NCBI GenBank assembly: GCA_020342115.1
Contig: CP070841.1
Location: 3,487,531-3,525,495 of the forward strand
Direction of reading: 5' to 3'
DNA: 37,965 bases
DNA from: Spirochaetota bacterium
GTDB lineage: Bacteria > Spirochaetota > B62-G9 > DRHN01
The translations under genes were made by a program, and so were the position numbers. The notes beneath the pieces are model-generated. The model made no database searches, was not told where the DNA came from, and saw only the letters and a program-made list of their open reading frames with translations. The first letter of the stretch is position 1. Each line of letters starts with the position of its first letter. This document shows, one piece after another, positions 29,141 to 37,965 of this stretch.

Positions 29141-29332
29141 TGATTTTCTTGCCACACCCCCTATTTTTAAAAGGGGGTAGGGCAAGAAAACATATAAATC
29201 ACAAATATGGCTTGCCGTATAATGTTGCTTGCTACATAATGTGGCTTGTCCACATTAGCACATTAAATTCAATTTTCTTGCTGTTTCTGCAAGAAAATAT
29301 AAAAATTAAGAATGTGGTTTGTCCACATTAGG
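29141..29332 (-). repeat. Second array of the 73-bp mosaic repeat family (reverse orientation)
   Basis: The reverse complement of 29258-29330 aligns without gaps to 18518-18590. Further copies of hairpin A and an expanded hairpin B lie at 29141-29257. Confidence 0.85.
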
Positions 29333-29346
29333 GAAGGAGATTTTAA

Positions 29347-30603
29347 ATGCCTGGACCAGGGTCGTATTTAATCGGTGAAGAAGAAAAACAAGCACTAATG
29401 GAAGTCATTGATGCTGGATCTCTTTTTCGTTATGGAGACCGGTCTGATCCAAAGTTCCTTGCAAAGGTTTGGCAGCTTGAGAAGGAGGTTTCGAAGCGTT
29501 TTAATATTAAATATGCAGTGGCGATGAATTCCGGCACATCTGCACTATGGATCGCACTCGGAGCACTCGGTATAGGCCCTGGAGATGAAGTAATAGTGCC
29601 TGGATACACGTTTATTGCATCCATCACATCTGTAATCTATGCGAGGGCTGTTCCTGTGCTTGCAGAAGTAGATGAGACCCTTGACCTGGATCCCGAAGAT
29701 GTTAAAAAGAAAATAACACCACGAACAAAGGCAATTATACTTGTACACATGCTCGGTAATCCGGGCCGCATAGATGAGATTAAGAAGATTGCTCGAGAAA
29801 ATAATCTGAATCTAATAGAGGATTGTGCGCAGGCTTTCGGGGCGCAGTACAAGAGGAAATATGCTGGTAACTACGGGGATATTGGAACATACAGTTTTAA
29901 CATATTTAAAACGATCACATGCGGCGATGGAGGAATGATCGCGACAAATAACGAAGAACTGTATAAGCGTTCATTCGCCATACATGATCAGGGGCATCTT
30001 CCACTGAGGCAGGGAGTTGAGCAGGGATCGAGAACAGTGATTGGTCTCGACTTCAGAATGACAGAGCTCTCGGCTGCTGTTCTTCTTGTGCAATTGAAAC
30101 GGATTGATGATATCAAAAGAAGATTAAAGCAAATGAAGCAGAGGTTCAAGGATGGAATCAAAGATATGAACGGGCTTGCTTTTCGAGCATTGCCAGATCC
30201 TGAAGGTGAGCTTGGAACTATCCTTACTGTTTTTATGCCGGATGAAGGTATAGCGAGGAAGGTGGGGAATGAACTTGGAGGTGGAGTAGTTGCGGACTCT
30301 GGATGGCATGTTTACAATAATATGGAGCATATCCTCGGGAAGAAGGTCGTAGATAGCGTGGGCTGTCCCTTTACATGCCCGTATTATACTAAAAGTGGAG
30401 GAAATGTTGAATATTTCAAAGGAATGCTTCCAAAGACAGATTCCCTGATAAACAGGGCGATAAATATCAGCATCGGTGTTTTTGATAAGGGTTTAGGCTC
30501 TGGATTTGGAGTTACCATTGAAAGTACTGACGATGAAATTGATCAAGCGATCGACAGGTTCAGGAAAGTTGTGGGTAAATATCTTGGGGGTGTTAACTCA
30601 TGA
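29347..30603 (+). CDS. DegT/DnrJ/EryC1/StrS family PLP aminotransferase #2
   Basis: Motifs NSGTSAL, PGDEVIVPGYTFIAS, EDCAQA and PLP Lys in SFNIFKTITCGDGG. Confidence 0.92.
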   Translation: MPGPGSYLIGEEEKQALMEVIDAGSLFRYGDRSDPKFLAKVWQLEKEVSKRFNIKYAVAMNSGTSALWIALGALGIGPGDEVIVPGYTFIASITSVIYARAVPVLAEVDETLDLDPEDVKKKITPRTKAIILVHMLGNPGRIDEIKKIARENNLNLIEDCAQAFGAQYKRKYAGNYGDIGTYSFNIFKTITCGDGGMIATNNEELYKRSFAIHDQGHLPLRQGVEQGSRTVIGLDFRMTELSAAVLLVQLKRIDDIKRRLKQMKQRFKDGIKDMNGLAFRALPDPEGELGTILTVFMPDEGIARKVGNELGGGVVADSGWHVYNNMEHILGKKVVDSVGCPFTCPYYTKSGGNVEYFKGMLPKTDSLINRAINISIGVFDKGLGSGFGVTIESTDDEIDQAIDRFRKVVGKYLGGVNS

Positions 30604-31742
30604 TCATGGTAGGAGTTATAGGAACCGGTTATATGGGCACGATTCACCTGGAAGCTTTATCGAGGGTCGGGGGTGTTAAGGTAAAGTCTGTGTGTGATGT
30701 CAACCTTGAGCTGGCAAAAGCTTCTTCTCAAAGGTACAATATTGAGAATGCATACGATGATCTTAAGAAGATTATAGATGATAATGAGATTGAAGTTATT
30801 CATAACTGTGCGCCAAATAAATACCATTACTCCATAACAAAAGCGGCTCTTGAGAGAGGAAAGCACATATTATCTGAAAAGCCTCTAGCTATGACATTAG
30901 AGGATGGCGATGACCTTGTAGAGCTGGCACAAAAAAAGGGTGTAATAACAGGAGTCGATTTTTGTTATCGGTATTACCCGTTGGTGCAGGAAATGGCTGT
31001 CAGAGTGAGGAGAGGGGATCTTGGAGATGTGAGACTGGTAATGGGATCCTATTTGCAGGACTGGCTATCCAGGCCTACTGATTATTCATGGAGATTAGAG
31101 AAATCGGAGTGTGGTGACTCAAATATTACAGCTGACGTAGGCAGTCATTGGTTTGATCTGATTCAGTTTGTTACAGGATTAAAGGTAACCGAGGTTATAG
31201 GTGATTTAGCGACCATTATCCCAATAAGGAAGCGCCCAAAACGCCAGGTGCTTGCTTTTGAAGAGGTGAAGGATGTAGAAACTGAGGATTTCAAGGTAGA
31301 ACTTGAGGAATATTCATCTGTACTGTACAGACTTTCGAATGGGGCTCCTGGTTCATTTACCACTTCACAAGTTTGTGCAGGGAGAAAATCGGATACTGAG
31401 TTTCAGATTTACGGAAGCAAATGTTCTTATGCGTGGAACCATAAAAGGTCAAATGAGATGTGGATAGGATACAGGGAAAAGGCAAATGAGATTTTAATAG
31501 AAAACCCGATACTTCAACAAGACAATACGTCTAAATATGCAACACTCCCGGCAGGACATCCGTTAGGCTACCATGATGCGGTGCTTAATCTATTCAATGA
31601 TTTCTATGATATTGTGAAGCATAATAAAGAGACATCAGCGATATCAAGACCGACATTTGAGACCGGATACGATGAAATTAAAATAACAGATGCTATTCTG
31701 ATGAGTAATAGAAAAAGGCAATGGGAAAAAATACAATGGTAA
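30600..31742 (+). CDS. Gfo/Idh/MocA family NAD(P) oxidoreductase
   Basis: Rossmann motif GTGYMG, plus SEKPLA and DVGSHWFD. ATGA overlap with DegT #2. Confidence 0.92.
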   Translation: MIMVGVIGTGYMGTIHLEALSRVGGVKVKSVCDVNLELAKASSQRYNIENAYDDLKKIIDDNEIEVIHNCAPNKYHYSITKAALERGKHILSEKPLAMTLEDGDDLVELAQKKGVITGVDFCYRYYPLVQEMAVRVRRGDLGDVRLVMGSYLQDWLSRPTDYSWRLEKSECGDSNITADVGSHWFDLIQFVTGLKVTEVIGDLATIIPIRKRPKRQVLAFEEVKDVETEDFKVELEEYSSVLYRLSNGAPGSFTTSQVCAGRKSDTEFQIYGSKCSYAWNHKRSNEMWIGYREKANEILIENPILQQDNTSKYATLPAGHPLGYHDAVLNLFNDFYDIVKHNKETSAISRPTFETGYDEIKITDAILMSNRKRQWEKIQW

Positions 31743-31796
31743 ATGGTATGGATGCTACTAAATTTTTAGGATTGATTTTATATCTCCAGTGTTAAC

Positions 31797-33242
31797 ATGG
31801 TATTTTTTATTGAAAAATTAACAAGACCAACGGTGTTGAATAATGAAGAAATTTTAAAAATCCATGAGAATTCACTGAAAGTGTTGGAAGATACCGGGAT
31901 GTATATAGATAACGACGAGGTATTGAAGACGTGCCTTGACATGGGATTGAATGCAGAACTCAACAAGAAGATTGTAAAATTTCCTCGTGATGTTGTTGAA
32001 AAAAGTTTACAGAGTATTCCCAAGGAAATAAAACTGTATAATCGTTCAGGTGATCTGGCTACGGAGTTGGGAAGAGTCAAAGGTAACTTTACAAGCGGCC
32101 ATAATGCAATTTATGTATATGATTATGATACCAATGAGAGAAGAAATGCCACAAAAGATGATGTAGGTAAATTCGCAGTATTATCAGACTATCATCCAGA
32201 TATCGATATCGTAGGAATTCAGGCTATGCCTCAGGATGTCAAAGCAGAATCTTCTCTTGTACATGCTGTGGATGCAGTGTTTAATAACACTGAAAAACAT
32301 ATCTTTTTTTCTCCTGAGAGAGCAGAAGTTGCTGATGCAATTTTTAATATTGCAGAAGTAGCGACAGACAGCAGCGACCTGGGTGGCAGGTCTCCTCTGA
32401 CCTGCCAGTTATCACCGACATCACCCCTGACATGGGAAAAAGGTGCAATCGAAGCACTGAGTTCAACAGTAAAAAAGGGAGTGCCTCTGTGCCTTCTTCC
32501 ACAGCCATTTACCGGGGTTACTTCTCCATATACTTTAGCCGGGCACATCACAATACATAATGCAGAAACCCTTTCAGGTATTGTTTTCAGTCAGCTGATT
32601 AATCCAGGGTCTGCTGTCATTTATGGAAGCGCCTGGTCCACTTTTGATATGAGAACGGCCAATGTATTGATCGGTTCACCCGAAACAGTGCTATTGAGAA
32701 TAGCGGGATCACAGATGGCTGAGTTTTATCACATACCTTATCATACTATTGCTCCTGACACTGACGCACACATAATGGATGAACAGCTGGCCTGGGAAAA
32801 ATTTGCAACTACGTGGGGTGCATATCTTGCAGATTCGGACCTCATAGTGAATGGGGGTTTATATAGTACCGGGCTCACTGTGAGCTTTGAACAATTGATA
32901 TTGGATAGTGAAATGGTTTCGTATATAAAAAGACTGTTCCGCGGTATTAAAGTAGATGATGATACACTCGCACAGGATGTAATTGAAAAACTCGGACCGA
33001 GGGGTAACTACCTGGCAGATGAACATACACTGATGCATCTCGGTCAAGGAGAACACTGGGAGCCAATGGTATCGACGAGGGAAATATATGAAAATTGGAA
33101 GACAAAGGGAATGAAAGACATTGTGCATAAGGCTCATGAGAAGGCAACCTCAATAATGGAGAATCACAGAGTGAGTGAGCTTTCGGATAACAAGAGAAAA
33201 GAGATCGTAAAAATAATTGATAATTTTGAGAGCAGTATATGA
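31797..33242 (+). CDS. mttB: Non-pyrrolysine MttB-family methyltransferase #5
   Basis: Motifs SPTSPLTW, TSPYTLAG, HNAETLSG, DTDAHIMDEQLAWEK and GPRGNYL. Confidence 0.92.
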   Translation: MVFFIEKLTRPTVLNNEEILKIHENSLKVLEDTGMYIDNDEVLKTCLDMGLNAELNKKIVKFPRDVVEKSLQSIPKEIKLYNRSGDLATELGRVKGNFTSGHNAIYVYDYDTNERRNATKDDVGKFAVLSDYHPDIDIVGIQAMPQDVKAESSLVHAVDAVFNNTEKHIFFSPERAEVADAIFNIAEVATDSSDLGGRSPLTCQLSPTSPLTWEKGAIEALSSTVKKGVPLCLLPQPFTGVTSPYTLAGHITIHNAETLSGIVFSQLINPGSAVIYGSAWSTFDMRTANVLIGSPETVLLRIAGSQMAEFYHIPYHTIAPDTDAHIMDEQLAWEKFATTWGAYLADSDLIVNGGLYSTGLTVSFEQLILDSEMVSYIKRLFRGIKVDDDTLAQDVIEKLGPRGNYLADEHTLMHLGQGEHWEPMVSTREIYENWKTKGMKDIVHKAHEKATSIMENHRVSELSDNKRKEIVKIIDNFESSI

Positions 33243-33283
33243 TTTAACAATCCAGCTGATAGGAGGAGAAGATAAAAAATTCA

Positions 33284-33925
33284 ATGCAACCAACAATAGA
33301 AACTCTACGAAAGGCGATCCAAGAATATAACAGTGGGCTGGCCTTGAAAACAGCACAAGAGATTGTAGATCAAAAGATTGATCCACTTGTTGCCATTAAT
33401 GCAATGACTGAGACTATCAGAGAAATAGGTGAAGCTTTTGGGCAGGGAAAATTATGGTTGCCTGACCTTGTTGGAGCTTCAGATGCGATGCAGGCTGCGT
33501 TACCGGTATTGGATGAAGAGATACAAAGAAGGGGTGAGCATAGAGATACGAGAGGTGTGGTCATTGTTGGCGCTGTATTCGGTGATATACACAGTATTGG
33601 CAAGACGATGGTTGCAGCACTGCTGACAGCATCCGGATTTCAAGTGGAAGATTTAGGTGTTAACATTCAATCAGAGCAATTTATTGAGGCAATAAAGAGC
33701 CACAATGCAGATATTCTGGCAATGTCCGCACTCATGACGACAACCATTGCGGAGCAAAAGAAGGTAATTGAAGTGCTTAAAGAAACAGGCCTGAGGGAAA
33801 AGGTAAAAGTTATGGTTGGAGGAGCAGCAGTAACCGAGGAGTTTGCAAAAGATATTGGGGCTGATGGATATGATCCTACTGCACCGGGTGCTGTAGAGCT
33901 TGCAATGAAACTGATCGGAAAATAA
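33284..33925 (+). CDS. Methyltransferase cognate corrinoid (B12-binding) protein, MttC/MtbC-like
   Basis: Cap domain (IGEAFGQG..LPDLV), DxHxxG motif (GDIHSIG), SALMTTT and VMVGGAAVT..IGADGY. Confidence 0.95.
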   Translation: MQPTIETLRKAIQEYNSGLALKTAQEIVDQKIDPLVAINAMTETIREIGEAFGQGKLWLPDLVGASDAMQAALPVLDEEIQRRGEHRDTRGVVIVGAVFGDIHSIGKTMVAALLTASGFQVEDLGVNIQSEQFIEAIKSHNADILAMSALMTTTIAEQKKVIEVLKETGLREKVKVMVGGAAVTEEFAKDIGADGYDPTAPGAVELAMKLIGK

Positions 33926-34001
33926 AAAGAGCTTATATTCTGATAGTGGTATTCGGGAAAATTAATAGATTCAATTCTCACTCGCACAGGAAATAAAACG
34001 T

Positions 34002-35450
34002 ATGTTGAGAGGCTTTGAACGTAAAATTAAACCTATGGATATAGTATCCGCACGCGAGGTTGAACAGATACACAAAGAAACCCTAAAGGTCCTTGAGCGA
34101 ACAGGTATAAACTTTCTGCATCAAAATAGCCTCGAGCTCATGAAGGATGGAGGCTGCAGCGTAGATTCTGATACAAAAAGGGTTAAAATCCCAGGCTGGC
34201 TGGTTGAAGAATGCATTAAGAAAACTCCAGGCAGCTTCGAGTTAAAGGCTAGGGATCGAAAGAATGATTTGAACGTTGGAGGGAATAGGCTATACTACCT
34301 TGCTGGTGCTGGAATGAGAATTGCAGACCTGGATACTTGGGAGGCTAGAGCAGCAACGCTGAAAGAATTGGATGAGGCTACAGTTGTCAATGATGCGCTT
34401 GACAGTGTGCATCTCGTTGCTGATACAGGACCCTATACGGATATCGTTGACGTGCCTCCTATTATGGCTTCACTGTTTGATATTGCAAGTCATCTCAGGA
34501 ATACGACAAAGATCACAATTGTTGATAACGGCAACAATTATGAGACCTTTCACATAAAAATGGCAGAGGTTGTGGGTTGCGACATGCTCCCCTTTATAGG
34601 TTCATCGGCACCTCTGACTTATGATGAAGCGACATGTGAAGCAGTTTTCAGATATTCAGAAGTCAGTTTTCCCTTCTTCCTGATAAGCAGTGATATGATG
34701 GGAGGTACTAGCCCTGCTACTATAGCTGGATCCTTGGTTACGACGAATGCCGAGATACTGGCAGGAGTAGTATTGATTCAGTTATTGAAACCTGGGACCG
34801 GGATAATAGCGGGAGATTATGCAATGCCACTGGATATGCGATCCGGACATCCATGTTTTTGCGATCTGGGCTCAGCGCTCCATACCGCGGCATTTACCCA
34901 GATAATGCGCAGGTATGATATACCAGCGTTTGCAAACTGTCCTGGCATGAGCAGTTCAAAAGAAATAGATGTTCAATCCGGTTATGAGAGGGCTATGTCA
35001 ACTCTTGCAGCTGCGTTATTCGGAGCACATATGATTGTTCTTCACGGTACGATCTATGGTGAGTATTCTTATCACCCTGTAGGGGCAGTACTGGATGATG
35101 ATATAGCTACCTGGGCAGGACGTATGATTGAGGGATTTTATGTGAATAAAGAAACTCTTGCCGGAGATCTCATTGATGAGGTTGGACCTATCCCCGGCTC
35201 GTTTCTTAACACTCCACACACGAGAAAATGGTGGAAGAGTCAACGATTCATGCCCAAAACAGCTGATAGGTTGTCATATCCTGAGTGGATGAAGGCTGAC
35301 AAAAAAACCGCCATAGAGTACGCAAAGGACAGAGTGGAAGAAATACTTTCCTCACACAGGGTGCCTCCTTTAGCGAAAGACCAGGATGAGGAAATAAATA
35401 ACATTTTAAAAGAGGCTCAGGAATATTACAAAAAGAAAGGCTTGCTGTAA
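34002..35450 (+). CDS. mttB: Non-pyrrolysine MttB-family methyltransferase #6
   Basis: Motifs MGGTSPATIAG, NAEILAG, LDMRSG, SSKEIDVQSGYER and VGPIPGSFL. Confidence 0.92.
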   Translation: MLRGFERKIKPMDIVSAREVEQIHKETLKVLERTGINFLHQNSLELMKDGGCSVDSDTKRVKIPGWLVEECIKKTPGSFELKARDRKNDLNVGGNRLYYLAGAGMRIADLDTWEARAATLKELDEATVVNDALDSVHLVADTGPYTDIVDVPPIMASLFDIASHLRNTTKITIVDNGNNYETFHIKMAEVVGCDMLPFIGSSAPLTYDEATCEAVFRYSEVSFPFFLISSDMMGGTSPATIAGSLVTTNAEILAGVVLIQLLKPGTGIIAGDYAMPLDMRSGHPCFCDLGSALHTAAFTQIMRRYDIPAFANCPGMSSSKEIDVQSGYERAMSTLAAALFGAHMIVLHGTIYGEYSYHPVGAVLDDDIATWAGRMIEGFYVNKETLAGDLIDEVGPIPGSFLNTPHTRKWWKSQRFMPKTADRLSYPEWMKADKKTAIEYAKDRVEEILSSHRVPPLAKDQDEEINNILKEAQEYYKKKGLL

Positions 35451-35572
35451 TTAGGAGAACATATATAATGTTGTTTTATAAATAAATGCAAGATTCAATT
35501 TTAGAGTAAGTATTTATATTTATAGCATAACAATTTAAATCAGAGTTATAAATTAGAAAGGCATTTCATAAC

Positions 35573-36679
35573 ATGGGAAAAGAGTTAGAAATAGAACTAA
35601 GAAATATTACAAAAGTGTTTGGCAGTGTTGTAGCCGTAAATGATGTTGATGTTAAGATTAAATTTGGTGAATTTTTTTCTTTATTAGGACCTTCAGGTTG
35701 TGGAAAAACCACAACGCTTCGAATGATCGCAGGACTGGAGAAACCAACCAGGGGAAGAATTTTTCTTTTTGGGAATGATGTCACAGACACTCCTGCGTAT
35801 CTTCGGGAAGTAAATACGGTTTTTCAGGATTATGCAATATTTCCTCATATGAATGTCTACGAAAATATCTATTTTCCTTTGAAAATGAGAAAAATATCCA
35901 AGGACCTCGCTCACCCAAAGATCGTAAATATCATGAAGCTCGTAAATATGGGAGGATTTGAGAAAAGATATTCAAGCCAGCTCTCTGGCGGACAGAGACA
36001 GAGAATAGCATTGGCGCGAGCTCTGGTGAATGAACCAAGGGCGCTACTGCTTGATGAACCCCTCGGGGCGCTGGATTTCAAGTTAAGGGTTGCCATGCAG
36101 AATGTCCTGAAAGATATTCAGAGGAGATTGAGTATCACCTTTGTATATGTGACGCATGATCAAACAGAGGCAATTACGATGAGTGACCGTATTGCGGTCA
36201 TGAAAGATGGTCTGATTCATCAAATAGGAACACCAGAGGAAATATATAATGATCCTAAAACTGCTTTTGTTGCTTCATTTATTGGTGAGATGAATTTCTT
36301 AAATGGGAAAGTGGAAAAAATATCTTCAGACACTATTGACGTTTTAGTAGCAAATCAAAAAATACAATGTAAAAGTCCCGATATTGAGATGGCTCAAGGT
36401 GATGATGTGCTTGTTTGTGTGCGTCCAGAAAAGATCCATATAAATCCTTCGAGTAAGATGCACAATGTGCTCAAAACAAAGATAAGCAGGGTTGTTTTCA
36501 GAGGAGACGACTATGAAATAACTTCGATTTTCAACGATTCTTCAATTCGTTCGGTTGTTGGCTATACAACCTGGGATAAATCGCATACAGTTGGGACCGA
36601 GATAAAAATTGGATGGGAAGCTTTTAATTCTATAGTGTATCCACTTAACATGCAGGATGATATTGTGAAATACGCATGA
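35573..36679 (+). CDS. potA: Polyamine/amine ABC ATPase, PotA-like
   Basis: Motifs GPSGCGKTT, VNTVFQDYAIFPH, LSGGQRQR and LLLDEPLGALD, with a TOBE-like C-terminus. Confidence 0.85.
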   Translation: MGKELEIELRNITKVFGSVVAVNDVDVKIKFGEFFSLLGPSGCGKTTTLRMIAGLEKPTRGRIFLFGNDVTDTPAYLREVNTVFQDYAIFPHMNVYENIYFPLKMRKISKDLAHPKIVNIMKLVNMGGFEKRYSSQLSGGQRQRIALARALVNEPRALLLDEPLGALDFKLRVAMQNVLKDIQRRLSITFVYVTHDQTEAITMSDRIAVMKDGLIHQIGTPEEIYNDPKTAFVASFIGEMNFLNGKVEKISSDTIDVLVANQKIQCKSPDIEMAQGDDVLVCVRPEKIHINPSSKMHNVLKTKISRVVFRGDDYEITSIFNDSSIRSVVGYTTWDKSHTVGTEIKIGWEAFNSIVYPLNMQDDIVKYA

Positions 36680-36721
36680 CAGAATTATTCTGATATGAAG
36701 TAGAGGGGTTTAAAATTTCGA

Positions 36722-37585
36722 ATGAAAAAATCGAAAAGATCTAAAATACCAAGCTCATATGTTCTTGGTATACCAATCTCTATATGGCTAATAATACTTG
36801 TAATAACTCCTGTAATACTGATGTTTATCATGGGTTTTAGATTAAAAGAGGGATACGATGTAACAGATACCTTTACACTGGCAAACTATATGCAGTTTGC
36901 CAAGAACCCTTCATACTGGAAAGTGTTACTGAAAACTTTCAGAATGTCTCTTACAGTTTCGTGCTGTGCAATTTTACTTTCATATCCTCTTGCCTATTTT
37001 GTCTCCAGAAAAATGAAAAAATTTAAAGAATTGCTGTTCATGTTAATAATCATACCCTTGTGGGTTAGTTATCTGGTCAGAATAATTGCCTGGAGGACCA
37101 TTCTGGGAAACAGGGGGTTAATTAACACTTTATTGATGACAGTTGGATTGACCAATGAACCTTTGAAATTCTTTTTATATAATGAAATTGCCGTTGTTAT
37201 CACTTTAACGTATATCGCGGTTCCCTTTGTATTTATCCCATTGTATACAGTATTGGAAAAGATACCTAAAAATTTGCTTGATGCATCGAATGATCTTGGA
37301 GCAAATGAATTCAGAACTTTTTTGAATGTTATACTTCCTATATCCAGTCCTGGACTGCTTACTGGATTTATGCTTTCATTTTTAATTGCATTGGGCGACT
37401 ATATTATACCTGCGCAACTGGGTGGATCTAGAGGAATGATGTTCGGGAATATTGTCTGGTCCCAATTTGGGTTTGCATCAAATTGGCCCATGGGATCGGT
37501 AATGGGTTTCGTTTTATTCTTTATTGCCGCTATTATTTTAGCAATCAGTCAAAAATTCGGCTATAGACAGGGAACAATAGAATGA
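36722..37585 (+). CDS. potB: Polyamine ABC permease, PotB-like
   Basis: Motifs PLWVSYLVRIIAW, DASNDLGA, LGDYIIPAQLGG and NWPMGS. Confidence 0.85.
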   Translation: MKKSKRSKIPSSYVLGIPISIWLIILVITPVILMFIMGFRLKEGYDVTDTFTLANYMQFAKNPSYWKVLLKTFRMSLTVSCCAILLSYPLAYFVSRKMKKFKELLFMLIIIPLWVSYLVRIIAWRTILGNRGLINTLLMTVGLTNEPLKFFLYNEIAVVITLTYIAVPFVFIPLYTVLEKIPKNLLDASNDLGANEFRTFLNVILPISSPGLLTGFMLSFLIALGDYIIPAQLGGSRGMMFGNIVWSQFGFASNWPMGSVMGFVLFFIAAIILAISQKFGYRQGTIE

Positions 37586-37610
37586 AGCTGTGTCTTTATA
37601 AGGATAAAAA

Positions 37611-37965
37611 TTGAAACAAATTAAAGAGAAAAGCAAAGAGTCGCGATCCCCATTTTTGAAAATTTATACAATACTAATTTATCTATTTCTCTATCTGCCA
37701 CTTTTTGTAGTATTAATTTTTTCTTTCAGCCCTTCAAAAACTATATATGGAATGTCTGGTTTGACACTCAACTGGTATGGTAAACTGTTTTCTGATCGTG
37801 GATTATTACTATCACTCTTGCACTCTCTTGAGGTTAGTATTATTGCCGTTAGTATTGCGATAGTTTTAGGGACATTTGGAGCGTTCTTCCTTGTAAGAGT
37901 TAAATTTCCGGCCAAAGGGCTCTTTACTACTATTTGTCGATTGCCTCTTGTATTGCCAGGAATCA
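37611..37965 (+). CDS. potC: Polyamine ABC permease, PotC-like, 3'-truncated (absent from ORF track)
   Basis: TTG 37611 after AAGGA. Reads MKQIKEK..YLFLYLPLFVVLIFSF..GLTLNWY..LPLVLPGI and stays open to the window end. Confidence 0.85.
   Translation, partial: MKQIKEKSKESRSPFLKIYTILIYLFLYLPLFVVLIFSFSPSKTIYGMSGLTLNWYGKLFSDRGLLLSLLHSLEVSIIAVSIAIVLGTFGAFFLVRVKFPAKGLFTTICRLPLVLPGI

Noticed and set aside
29104-29331. 75-aa ORF in the intergenic region
   Set aside because: It coincides with the palindromic repeat array, and has no RBS or recognisable motifs.
29141-29332. CRISPR array
   Set aside because: There are too few units, the would-be spacers are homologous and structured, and there are no cas genes.
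11704-35450. Pyrrolysine (TAG) readthrough in the mttB genes
   Set aside because: All six ORFs are continuous through the Pyl-equivalent position, and no pyl genes are seen.
1937-37915. Many short antisense or overlapping ORFs in the track
   Set aside because: They are shadows of long, well-supported genes and have no recognisable motifs.

Overview
The window starts with two housekeeping-type genes: the 3' end of efp and a TPR membrane protein. The remaining ~36 kb is a catabolic island, probably from an anaerobic bacterium; a spirochaete is a tentative inference from the binding-protein N-termini. The island encodes six pyrrolysine-free MttB-family (trimethylamine methyltransferase superfamily) methyltransferases, one cobalamin-binding corrinoid protein and three UroD/MtaA-fold proteins. 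It also carries two paralogous CUT1 sugar-type ABC modules without an ATPase, a PotABC-like transporter, two DegT-type and one class III aminotransferase, and sugar isomerases, epimerases and dehydrogenases. The gene set suggests B12-dependent anaerobic demethylation, then deamination and isomerisation, of methylated amines and amino sugars or aminocyclitols; the substrates are not established. Signals the ORF track misses are a structured 73-bp two-hairpin mosaic repeat at two loci with compensatory changes, an mttB gene that appears to start at ATT, a decayed LacI-type regulator, and a truncated potC at the right edge.
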